NCBI GenBank assembly: GCA_000320545.1
Contig: ADNK01000748.1
Location: 1-53,646, forward strand
DNA length: 53,646 nt
Direction of reading: 5' to 3'
Origin: Bigelowiella natans CCMP2755
Lineage: Eukaryota > Protista > Cercozoa
How positions within the stretch are numbered: position 1 is the first letter of the stretch; the number at the start of each line of letters is the position of its first letter. The translations under genes and the position numbers were made by a program. The notes below the pieces were generated by a model. It made no database searches. It saw only the letters and a list, made by a program, of their open reading frames with translations, and was not told the DNA's origin. Below, piece by piece: positions 10,618 to 20,326 of the stretch.

Positions 10618-13600
10618 ATGTCACAGCAGCTAGAAGAACAGCAGGACTTTGGCTCGCAGGCCGTGCAAGGGCACGAGCAGAAACAGGAAAGGAAGGGCGA
10701 TACGGACGCTAAGGAAGGAGGAGGAACACCTCCACAGGCACCGCCGGGACCAGCACCCGGGATTAAGAAAGCAGATGCAGCAGCAGAGGCACTGGAGAAC
10801 TTCTACGAGGCGGACGACGAGGACGTGGCCGCCGAAAGCAAGAAGGTCGTAATGGCATTACGAGCCTTGCGACCCAGGGCGAGCAACTACGCCAAACTGA
10901 AAGTATCGATAGAATACAAGTATCAGACACATGATGTTTGGGCAGCTATCATGCAGGACATCATGGATTACGAAGCAGACTTACCTCCAGAGTGGGCAGC
11001 TTTGTTTAGGAACGACGGGGGTCTGGGCGCCTCGCGGGGGACGACCCAGAGCACCGTCAAGCAGCAGCAGCCGGTACAGCGGAACACCCAGTTCATGTCT
11101 GTTAAAACAGCACCGGTTATGATAACGAAATACAACGGGAAAAGAGGTGAGGCAAGGAGGTGGTGGAAGAACGCTAGGAGTATACTCTGCGACTTTACCC
11201 CTAACCCCACCGAAAACGACAAGCTCAAATGGCTAGCTATAATAAAGCAAGCCATGGACCTTTACGAGACAGGCAGGACCCGGATCAGGCAGCTAGAGAA
11301 AATACACACTACAGTTAGTGGGCTACGAGACGTTGAGGCGATAATGAAGGCTTTTGTAAATGAACAGGATGCTAACTCCCTACCCCAGGCTATTAGAAAA
11401 TACAGAGCAATGATGCAGCATGAGAGAGAACCTGTTAGAGACTTTGCCACGCGCTTCCAGGATATGATCGACGAACTACATGATTTTAATTACAACACAG
11501 GTGATGATCAGGCAAGGTTTGAAGAGTTCAAGTTAAAGATAAAGGAATCCACTTACGTTACGGAGAAAGGCTACACCACGATGGAGGCAGCAGTGCAGGC
11601 TATATCCCTACGCGAGCAGGAGCAGGACCGCAAGTTTACCAGCCCTAAGGTACCTGGCATAGGAAACATTAACGCTATTAAGCCGCAGCGAGACTGGTAC
11701 AAGGACAGGGAAGGTAACCGACGTTGCGGATACTGCTCACGTAAAGGGAAACACACCGCTAAAGACTGCAGAGACAGGAAAGAAGGACGACCCAGGATGA
11801 CGATCAGGCAGCTCAACGAACACTACGAGAAGTTAAAGAGAAAGAAAGGCAGAGGACAAGGATATAACAACAGCAAATGGCAAGGCAGCAACAACGGGAA
11901 GAACAATAAATATAAGAACAAAAAGCAGAACAGTATCAATGCTATACAGCAGCAGATAAACGGAATATTAGATCACCTTAAGCAGGCGCCGACGAAGACA
12001 GCAGTACCAGCAACGCAGGACCAAGACAAGCCCATGACCCTAGACGACATAAAGAACTTAGGAGTATGCAACATTAATGACGAAGACGCTAACAGGACTA
12101 TCAAAGTTGCTATGACCAAGGTTAAAGTTAAAGACAGCTACGGAGACTACAAGAAACTACCTGCCCTTTGGGATAGTGGCAGCATGCCGAAGTCCTTCAT
12201 AAGCCTAAGCACAGTAAGAAGGTTAGGACTATTGGATCAAGTGACTAAGAAAGAACGTAAATATGCTCAAGCAGACGGAAGCTCTTCCATGAAGACCGTC
12301 GGTGAGCTAATGCTAAAGCTACAGATACCTGGCAGCGACGCGGAGACCCAAATCAAGACCCGAGTAGCCATGACTTTATCCATGGAACTACTCCTCGGAC
12401 AGGATGCCCTAGAAAAATTAGGGGGGATCATATCATTCTACAATCACAAGATATACTTTGCTAAGTTGCCAAAGAAGTCAGGCAGGACCATCAGCCAGAA
12501 CATGATACGGCTTGACGAGTGGACCTCTGAGTCAAGCGTTAATGCGTTAGAGTTTATGGACCTAGCGGACAACAAGCTACCTACACCTACCGAGCTACGG
12601 AAGAAGAACCCCGGCAAGACCATCCGACAGATAACGGAGCTACTGGACAAGACCCCCCCAGCTGATGATTGGGATATCGACAAAGGCAAAAAGTACATTA
12701 ATAAAATATTAAACGAGAAGTACTCTGACATCACCAAGCCGACGACGAAGCCCTCCAGCAAGCTTACCCCAGTAAAGATCGAGCTAAAGAAGGGATACGA
12801 AGAGTGCATCATCAATGACCCAGAACATAGGCGACCGGAAGCGGACTGGGAAAAGATAGAGTGGCAGATCAATGAATGGGCAAAGGAAGGGAAGATAGAG
12901 CCAAGCAACTCACCATGGAACGTGAGACATGTGCTAGCTAAGAAACCTACTTACCCTTTCTTCCGCCTGGCGCACAACTTCATCCGCCACAACCGAGTAA
13001 TAAAGAGGATCCAGACACCTACACCAAGGATAGATGACGTTATTGAACACGTCATAGGATACAAATACTACTCTTCCCTAGATAAAAATGAATCATACAT
13101 GCAGACACCCATCCACAAAACCTCCCGCCCCATTACCGCGTTCTCCAGCAGGCACAGGAAGTGGCACTTCGTCGTATTCCCTTACGGCCTAAGCATATCA
13201 GGGGATGCGTTCAGTAGTCAGAACTACAGGGCATACACACATGATGGGATGGCGTCTGTGTTGTGGGTGTTTGTGTTTGTGTATGTGGATGATGACATAA
13301 TATGTACCAACACAGTCGTCGCTCAGATCTTCCTCCTGGAAAATATATTTATTAGGTTTGCACACTTCGGTTTTACTATTAGACTGCAGAAGTGTACATT
13401 CCTAGCTACAAGAATCAAGTGGTGTGGATATTACCTGGAGCAAGGCCGCATCACCCCAAACCCCGAGAAAGTAGCAGCACTACAGCAAGCCCCTAAACCT
13501 AAGAATGCAAAGGAGTTAAAGTCATTCTTGCAGACTGCAGCTTGGATACTACGTAGGTTCTCCCCTACCTACGCTAGGACTGCAGCTGCTTTTACTACTG

Positions 13601-15591
13601 CTTACCGGAAGGAGAACTCTGTAGGCCTCAGCTTCGCTAAGGTGTGGGCCAAGGCTGGCCTTGATGCCCACTTCGATAACCTAATAAAGTTATGCAGCAA
13701 CACCCTATTGAATGCTAAGCTAGACACTACTAGACCAGCTACCCTATGGACAGACTGGTCTAAGCTAGGTATGGCTGCTGTACTTACCCAAGACCAGCAG
13801 ATCATACGGGTGTGGGGCAGGGCCTGCACAGCAGCTGAGGCCAAGTACAGCCCTACAAAAGGAGAGTATAAAGCCATGACTGAGGCGCAGAGGAAACTAA
13901 GATACTACCTGCTGTCGGTGCCCAGCTTCACCTTAATGACTGACCACAAGCCCCTCCTAGGCATCGACCGCAAGCTCGAAGCGCCTAACGATGAGTATGC
14001 AGCTATGAGGGCGGACACGGAAGAGTTTAGGGACAAGAGGACAGTGGTCTACGCACCAGGAGACAAGCAGCTTGCTGACTATTTCAGCAGGCTGTTCGAA
14101 AAGAAAGTCCCTACCCAGGTCACCCCTATGGTTAACGCGATTACCTTCGAGGACGGCGACTTCCTGCCTGAGCCAGAGGAGCTCCAGCACCTTCAAGAAC
14201 ACCTGGATAAATACAAACACAAGCATGAGGTACTTAGTGATAGGATATATGTATACACTAATAATGTTAGGCGTACCTACGTGCCACGGCGGACCAGGGG
14301 AGCCCTTCTCTTTACCGCCCATGGACCTGCACACGTAGGAGAAAACCATATCACTGCTCTACTCTACCATTACTACTGGCCCTACAAGCTAAAAGAGATA
14401 AGGACATACCTGCGTGGCTGCAGGTGCTCCAGCTTGAAGGCGGCAGGCGTCGCCACCAAGGAGTCCAGCAAGAGCCGTGCATCTAAGAAAATCAAAGCAA
14501 GGAACTTCTTAGATATCGTGCAAATTGATGTTTATAAGTACGATGGCTATCACTACCTTACCTTCGTTGATGTGGCCACTGGAAAGTGCTGGGTTAAAAA
14601 GATTATCAAGGTCAACGTTGCTAAGAAGAACAAAGGCTTATATAAGCAGAGGCTTACTAACTGCTACCGTACCTGGGAGTCTGAGCTCCAGGCTATCCCT
14701 GATGAAGTTAGCATAAACAAGATACCAAAGAAGTTACATGTGGATAATGAGACCTCTCTTCTACAGCTACCACACCCTAATATTGATGCCTCACCTGTAT
14801 ACTATGCCCAGTCCAACTCCAAGGTAGAGCGACTCCACCGCACCTTGGCCAACCTAAGCAGGATAAATAGCACCACACCAGACAAGATACAAGGGTTAGT
14901 AAACGACACCTTCACGTCTGGGGGAGGTATCAAGGATAAGGAGAGGGAAGAAGGCGACGACAACGACGACGATACCGAGAGCGAAGACGAGAAGGTCCCG
15001 TACGATGGCCGAGTTCTAAAGGAAGGACAGTATGTTAGGGCCAAGGTAAATCTGAGATCGAGAAATAAACAAGACCCCTTCTGGGGTGGCGTTGCAAAGG
15101 TTACCGAGAGGAAGGGGAGGAAGCAGTACTACATCTATGATGGGAACAGGGTCACCTTGCGCCACATCAGTCACCTAAAGAATTATGATATCGGTGAGAA
15201 GCTCCTAGAGGATGTTAAAGTAAACCCTACTGTGTGGGAGCGAGCAATGCCTTGTTTAGGACCCCGACCTAAGTTCGATGTGGAATATGGAAACAATAAG
15301 GTCAGGGTGAACGACGATTGGCGCATGAAGATTGTCTATCTAGGCTACCCTGGATTACGAAATATGGAGAGGGTAGCTATGAAAATAAAGGACGGAAAAT
15401 ATCAGCTACTCTACCTAGCTGTTCCCGACTTACCCTTTGAGCACTGGTATAAGGTCCTGGGGGACCTTGATGCAGAGGGCTGGTATGGACACGAACCTAA
15501 GGACGAAGGTGAGTTCTGGGTAAGCGACAAAGGAGATAAGGTTAGAGAGGAATCTATTACCTGGTGGTTGGTGAAGTTCCGAAAGCGATGA
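10618..15591 (+). CDS. Gag-Pol polyprotein (1657 aa, single ORF): Gag/zinc knuckle, aspartic protease, RT, RNase H, integrase, GPY/F-like domain, C-terminal adenine-MTase-like domain
   Basis: Zinc knuckle CGYCSRKGKHTAKDC; protease ALWDSGS; RT NSPWN, LDKNESYMQ, FPYGL, YVDD, WCGY; RNase H WTDWS, YSPTKGE, TDHKPL, LADYFSR; integrase HGPAH..CRC, VQIDV, HVDNE, SNSKVERLHRTL; GQYVRAK..DPFWGG..RHISHLKNY. Confidence 0.97.
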   Translation: MSQQLEEQQDFGSQAVQGHEQKQERKGDTDAKEGGGTPPQAPPGPAPGIKKADAAAEALENFYEADDEDVAAESKKVVMALRALRPRASNYAKLKVSIEYKYQTHDVWAAIMQDIMDYEADLPPEWAALFRNDGGLGASRGTTQSTVKQQQPVQRNTQFMSVKTAPVMITKYNGKRGEARRWWKNARSILCDFTPNPTENDKLKWLAIIKQAMDLYETGRTRIRQLEKIHTTVSGLRDVEAIMKAFVNEQDANSLPQAIRKYRAMMQHEREPVRDFATRFQDMIDELHDFNYNTGDDQARFEEFKLKIKESTYVTEKGYTTMEAAVQAISLREQEQDRKFTSPKVPGIGNINAIKPQRDWYKDREGNRRCGYCSRKGKHTAKDCRDRKEGRPRMTIRQLNEHYEKLKRKKGRGQGYNNSKWQGSNNGKNNKYKNKKQNSINAIQQQINGILDHLKQAPTKTAVPATQDQDKPMTLDDIKNLGVCNINDEDANRTIKVAMTKVKVKDSYGDYKKLPALWDSGSMPKSFISLSTVRRLGLLDQVTKKERKYAQADGSSSMKTVGELMLKLQIPGSDAETQIKTRVAMTLSMELLLGQDALEKLGGIISFYNHKIYFAKLPKKSGRTISQNMIRLDEWTSESSVNALEFMDLADNKLPTPTELRKKNPGKTIRQITELLDKTPPADDWDIDKGKKYINKILNEKYSDITKPTTKPSSKLTPVKIELKKGYEECIINDPEHRRPEADWEKIEWQINEWAKEGKIEPSNSPWNVRHVLAKKPTYPFFRLAHNFIRHNRVIKRIQTPTPRIDDVIEHVIGYKYYSSLDKNESYMQTPIHKTSRPITAFSSRHRKWHFVVFPYGLSISGDAFSSQNYRAYTHDGMASVLWVFVFVYVDDDIICTNTVVAQIFLLENIFIRFAHFGFTIRLQKCTFLATRIKWCGYYLEQGRITPNPEKVAALQQAPKPKNAKELKSFLQTAAWILRRFSPTYARTAAAFTTAYRKENSVGLSFAKVWAKAGLDAHFDNLIKLCSNTLLNAKLDTTRPATLWTDWSKLGMAAVLTQDQQIIRVWGRACTAAEAKYSPTKGEYKAMTEAQRKLRYYLLSVPSFTLMTDHKPLLGIDRKLEAPNDEYAAMRADTEEFRDKRTVVYAPGDKQLADYFSRLFEKKVPTQVTPMVNAITFEDGDFLPEPEELQHLQEHLDKYKHKHEVLSDRIYVYTNNVRRTYVPRRTRGALLFTAHGPAHVGENHITALLYHYYWPYKLKEIRTYLRGCRCSSLKAAGVATKESSKSRASKKIKARNFLDIVQIDVYKYDGYHYLTFVDVATGKCWVKKIIKVNVAKKNKGLYKQRLTNCYRTWESELQAIPDEVSINKIPKKLHVDNETSLLQLPHPNIDASPVYYAQSNSKVERLHRTLANLSRINSTTPDKIQGLVNDTFTSGGGIKDKEREEGDDNDDDTESEDEKVPYDGRVLKEGQYVRAKVNLRSRNKQDPFWGGVAKVTERKGRKQYYIYDGNRVTLRHISHLKNYDIGEKLLEDVKVNPTVWERAMPCLGPRPKFDVEYGNNKVRVNDDWRMKIVYLGYPGLRNMERVAMKIKDGKYQLLYLAVPDLPFEHWYKVLGDLDAEGWYGHEPKDEGEFWVSDKGDKVREESITWWLVKFRKR

Positions 15592-15634
15592 AGGTCTAAG
15601 GGAATAAGGAAGGAAGGAAGGAGCAACGTGACTT

Positions 15635-15642
15635 GGGGGAGG
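15635..15642 (+). promoter_or_regulatory. Polypurine tract
   Basis: GGGGGAGG immediately abuts the 3' LTR; a further purine run lies at ~15598-15623. Confidence 0.85.
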
Positions 15643-15968
15643 TGTAGCGCGTACCACTACGCGGGCACAAGTCACGTGCGACAACAAAGGGGTTGTCGCG
15701 GATATAGAATATAGATAACGTAGATATTAATACAGCATAGGCACGTGGGTTCCGGCGGGACTCATGGCAGCACACCGGAAGTGTGCTGCCCCACGTGCGG
15801 CGGCATTCGCGAAAGCTTCGCGAATGATTACGCAGTGCACGATTTAATAAAAATATAATCTTTAATAAAAATAAACACAACTCTTCAAAAGGAAGCAAAC
15901 GTGCCTTTCCCCCCCCCTGCCTACTTGTGCACGTAGCGCCTCGGCCTGTGAACACCTTACGCGCAACA
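15643..15968 (+). repeat. 3' LTR
   Basis: Identical by eye to 10253-10578; followed by the TSD TAGC. Confidence 0.97.
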
Positions 15969-16334
15969 TAGCAGAGCCTCAACAACACTCGTTGCAAGGA
16001 CTTGTCAGCACCCTGTTGGTGAAGAGACACAAAAAATCAGCTGCTCTAATAGCACCGACCATTGCTTCTCACAAAGACGTCAATGGCTCTAATTGTATCT
16101 AGATCGTAGAAACACATGCCCTTCTGTTCCGCAAGTCTGGCCAGTGTCTGTCCTTCGATGTGGAGTTGCCGAAAAGAAAAAAGAGGTGCACTGCCAAAAA
16201 AGGCGGCCGGATCTTTCGAAATGTTTGTGCGGTTCAGAAAGAAAGTCCCCACGTTTTGCACTGCGCCATGAACAACACTGTGTCGCAAAGCTGGAAAGCT
16301 CTCTTTCACACGTTCCGCAAATCCATTTCTCGAG

Positions 16335-16445
16335 ATTTTTCAGAACAAGAACAATCGGCAAATTGATCGTCGCCAACAACAAACAGCCTGCGAATGAACA
16401 CGCACAAGTGAAAGCACAGAAAACACAGGCGTCAGCCAGGTCGCA
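16335..16445 (+). repeat. Dispersed repeat module A (direct copy at ~28701-28780)
   Basis: Shared TTTTTCAGAACAA, AATCGG(C/T)AAATTG, AACAACAAACAGCCTGCGAATGAA and CACAGGCGTCAGC(C/T)AG. Confidence 0.85.
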
Positions 16446-16555
16446 TTTGGTGGGAAAAACAGAAGTTACAAGAAAATGAGGTGAATAAAGCACCAAAATC
16501 GCCTGGAATTCGCACCATTTTTAGATGTCGAGCGCCTACTGCCTACTCGTAGACG

Positions 16556-16750
16556 CGTAGGTGTCATTGCAGATTGGGAAAGATCTCCCTCATTATTCAC
16601 TGAGCAGCCTCTAAGCTACCTCTCCTCTGACAATCCATTCATTCATGCAAACTACGATGCAAAAGTAGGCTCTTTACGAATTTCAACAGCAAGGAGTTAT
16701 TCATTTGATCTCAGCGACAAAATTGGAGTTTTGAAGTCCTCTGTAAAATG
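16556..16750 (+). repeat. Dispersed repeat module B = upstream region and start codon of the RBR gene (inverted copy at ~28480-28684)
   Basis: CGTAGGTGTCATTG, CTGACAATCCATTC, GCAAAAGT, CTCAGCGACAA, AATTGGAG and CTGT(A/G)AAATG are collinear in the reverse complement of 28480-28684. Confidence 0.85.
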
Positions 16751-19700
16751 AGTTATTGGCCCGAATGGGTCTCTGATTGGGACTCCGATCGGCCCTCCGC
16801 GCCAATGGAGGACGTACCGGACTTTTCAAAAGATTATCCTTCTCTAAACTCGCCTCTAAACTCGCCTCGTGTCAATATTGAGCCAAACATTAATTCTCCC
16901 AGATGGCCCTCAAAGCAGAATTATGTATCGGACGTACCGAAATGCTTGCCTCGTGTAAGTAGTAAGCCAGAGAGGAAAGCGAAGATGCCGAAAGAAGCAG
17001 AAAAGCCCAAAGATAGTCTAGGACTGCCTGAGACTCTTCTTATTGGCAGCTATGGGGGTGGAGAAGCAATGCAGATGGCAAGGGTCATAAGCAGGTTTGA
17101 GCTCAGTCCCAACGATATTGACAAGAAGTTTTTCTTGGAGAAGGCAGATAAGGTTTTGAAGGTCGAGGGAAAACCAAAAATTAAAACAATTAGAGATTTT
17201 CAATGGTTTCACTCAGTACAGGTTTCCAGTCGTGTGTATGGATCCCTTATCGACTCAATCAATATAATGGCCCATGGGAGGATATTCAAAGGCCGTAAAC
17301 GTTTCGACAACTTGCAGAAGTATCCTCTGATTTACTTTTCTCCCATTCATGGAGTGGCGGGTACGAAGTATACTCGAGTGAACGTGAAAGATCCAGCTAT
17401 TCTTCTTCCAGAAACTTTTCGTAGGGCAGATCAGCACGTCCACACGGTAGACATCGATGACCAGCCTCGATTTGGATCGGACATGGTAATACTATCACAT
17501 TCGTTACATGCTACCGATCTCCAATGATGCATATGATTTATATATTATCTCTCTAGGCAAAGATCTTCTTGGATCTTTCTTCTGAGTACTCAGCGATGAC
17601 TGTCTGCTGTATTGACGACAAGGACTGCGTTGCAGAGGTGGTGCGTATAGTCATCCTTGGCCCAAATCTTGAGGTACAGCTTCAGAGAAGAAAGAATATC
17701 ATATTTGCCAAATTTAGACCTCATGTATATTGTTGATCTGCAGGGTAGGTATGAGACGGGCTTGAGCAAGCTGAAAACTGACGACAGGGAAAAAAAGGGA
17801 CCAGAGACATATTTGAAAGATTTTGCAGAAAGGGAGTTCAAAGGGGAGAGTCACGTCATCAAATGGATTCACACTGGGGACCCCGGGCTTGATTTTGTAT
17901 CACCGATCAAGCTACCCTCCAAGAGTATCAAAATGACTATGCAAGAGAAAGTTGCATTTCTTCGCGATTACAATGTGAAGGACCCTATCAAACTACTACA
18001 AGCAAATGGATATGACCCCCATAAGGCGCTGGACCAACATCTAAACTCATCACATCAGGAGGAAAAACACCAGAAAAATATCTGGCAAAAGCGGGTCACG
18101 GATCATACGCAATCACGGACAAATGCAAGAGGAGTCCCGAATAACGCACGGAAAATTATGATGTTGACAGCAAAGGGGGTACCGCGTCAGATAGCTCAAG
18201 ACTTATTGACGAAGGCTTTCGGTGACCCGGATGATGCTTTTGAGATGTTTAAACAGACCCAGAAGCTAGGGATGGATACTGTGTCTCCACCTAAATCCAC
18301 CCCTAAGCATGCGAACTCAGGAGTCCTACCCTACAACAAGCAAATGCACAACAACAGCAACAACAACCAAGATGATTACAAGACAACCCCTGGTTCATTA
18401 GCAAAGGAACAACTCTTAGCACCCACTGAAATCGTCGGCTGGACTATCCAAGAATTTCTTCAGAAGAGGAAAAAGTATCTGAGTAACCCGAAGATTCTTC
18501 TCTCGGCTATCACGATGAATGTAGAACCAAAGGAACAATCGAGAAAATACATTTCCACACTCCATAGTCACGGTTATCAAAATCTCCATGCTTTATCTAC
18601 ACTGCGAATTAATGACTATGTTCATAGTCTTGGATTTATAAGGGGTCATGCAATAATGATAGAAAAAACTGTGAGGGAGATGCAAGCAGTCGAAAAATCT
18701 GCATCATCATCATTCTTCAATCGAGAACTCGCAAAAGTGCGTGGGCAATTGCGGGCTGCACGGCGAGAGATAGGTGCCGCGAAAGAGGGCCAGAGACGAG
18801 CAGAAGCACGTCTGGAAGCAAACAAACGAGAGCTTGAGATCTCAAAGGGGGACCTGAAGAAAGCCCGTAATGAATTGTTAACTTTGCAAGCGGTTAGCTC
18901 TGATCGCGAAAGATCGCTGAGGACTGCTAACGATGAGATCGCTTCCTATAAACTTTTTGCCGATTTATACTCGAAGGAGGTGGAGAAAAACGACTCCCTT
19001 CGCAGTCTCCTAGCACAACAGAAGGCAGGATTCGATGGAAAAGGCCAGGAAGGAAAAGCCAAGGACGCTCAAGAAGAACAAAAAAATCATGCACAAGAAG
19101 AAAAGGAAGATGTCACGGAGTATGTACGTAAAGCTAGGGCAGCCGGAAAGCTGCTCCAGCAAATTTTAAAGGATGGAAGACGAGCAGGATACAAGATGCA
19201 GCACCTGATGTTAGCATATAACGGACGACCAGTACCAGGTAGCAACAAGCCTGTTAGTCGTCCTCAGTCACAGCAGCAGCAAATGGTTCATAATCAGTCT
19301 CAAGAGCAGGTAGTTCATGATGCTGATGAGAAATTGGCCCGCGCTCTGCATGAGGCGGAGGAGAAACGTGCGAGAGATAACCAATTTAGATCGCCCGAAG
19401 TGAATTGCACGGCCTGCATGGAGATGGTGTCTGCCTTGGAAGCGGTTTCTTGCAGAAATCAACGAAACCCGCATCACTATTGCATGGAGTGTTTCACCGG
19501 TATTGTAAATGCAAAGTTGGAAGAAAACAGTCTTGTTGCCTTCTGCTCCGAAGACTGCCCTGCTTTCACTTCGGATGATTTTTACAAAGTGATTGATGAA
19601 AGAGTTAGAAGTCGAATCGATCAAGTACACCGTGACAAGATCGTTGAAGGTGGAGCAGTTCAGAATAGGGATGAACAGACCATCACGTGCCCTCAACCAG

Positions 19701-20326
19701 GATGTGGAAACTTTGAAATCATCGACGATGATGCTGCGAAACAAATGGGTTATAAGTGGACTTGTAAGAAATGCAACGTGTACATTTGTATTCGTTGCTC
19801 CCCACAGGTGAAGCTAGCCGACAGCTTCGAAGAATACTGTAACCTATTAGTTGATGGGGGGGGGCATGAGTGTAAGGAGGACAAGGAGTCAATAATCCAA
19901 GATTTGGTAACATTGTGCGAGAGAGATTGCAGCGTGTTGACGTGTTGTGTTTGTCCAAGCACGAAACCTTGCCTAAAGGAGATTGGATGCAATACCGTCA
20001 GTTGTCCCGATTGCAAGGTGTACATGTGCAACATCTGTGGGAAATTTCTATCATACAACTCGCGTGAGGCTCACGACAAATTCCCACATGATAATGATGT
20101 CCACGGTGAAAATGGTTGCAAGCTATTCGACCATGAGTACAAAGATGATGAGAACTGCGCAGTTGAATGCCGAAGAGAGCGTTCTCAACGAGCTTTCATT
20201 TCAAAAATTGAAGAAAAGGGTTACGATTCAGATTTAGTCGCCACTGTGCTGACGCGTGAGAGGAATAAAAATCAATTTCAAGGCCACACTGGTGTTTATG
20301 AATCGCTTTTGAAGAAATACAGCTGA
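16748..20326 (+). CDS. Multidomain RBR (RING1-IBR-RING2) E3 ubiquitin ligase, RNF216/TRIAD-like, with UBA-like x2, SAM-like, coiled-coil and MIU/UIM-like regions, and a possible N-terminal ADP-ribosyltransferase-like domain
   Basis: Exons 16748-17485, 17557-17673 and 17744-20326 are joined in frame by two GT-AG introns. RING1 CTAC..C..HHYCMEC..CSEDC; IBR CPQPGC..CKKC..CIRC..HEC; RING2 CVCP..KEIGCNTVSCPDC..CNICG; MIU-like DADEKLARALHEAEE. Confidence 0.9.

Larger units (their letters stand above)
10253..15968 (+). mobile_element. Intact Ty3/Gypsy (Metaviridae) LTR retrotransposon, 5716 bp, recently inserted
   Basis: Two 326-bp LTRs (TG...CA) identical by eye; 4-bp TSD TAGC at 10249-10252 and 15969-15972; PBS and PPT present; single gag-pol ORF in the order PR-RT-RH-IN. 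Confidence 0.97.
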
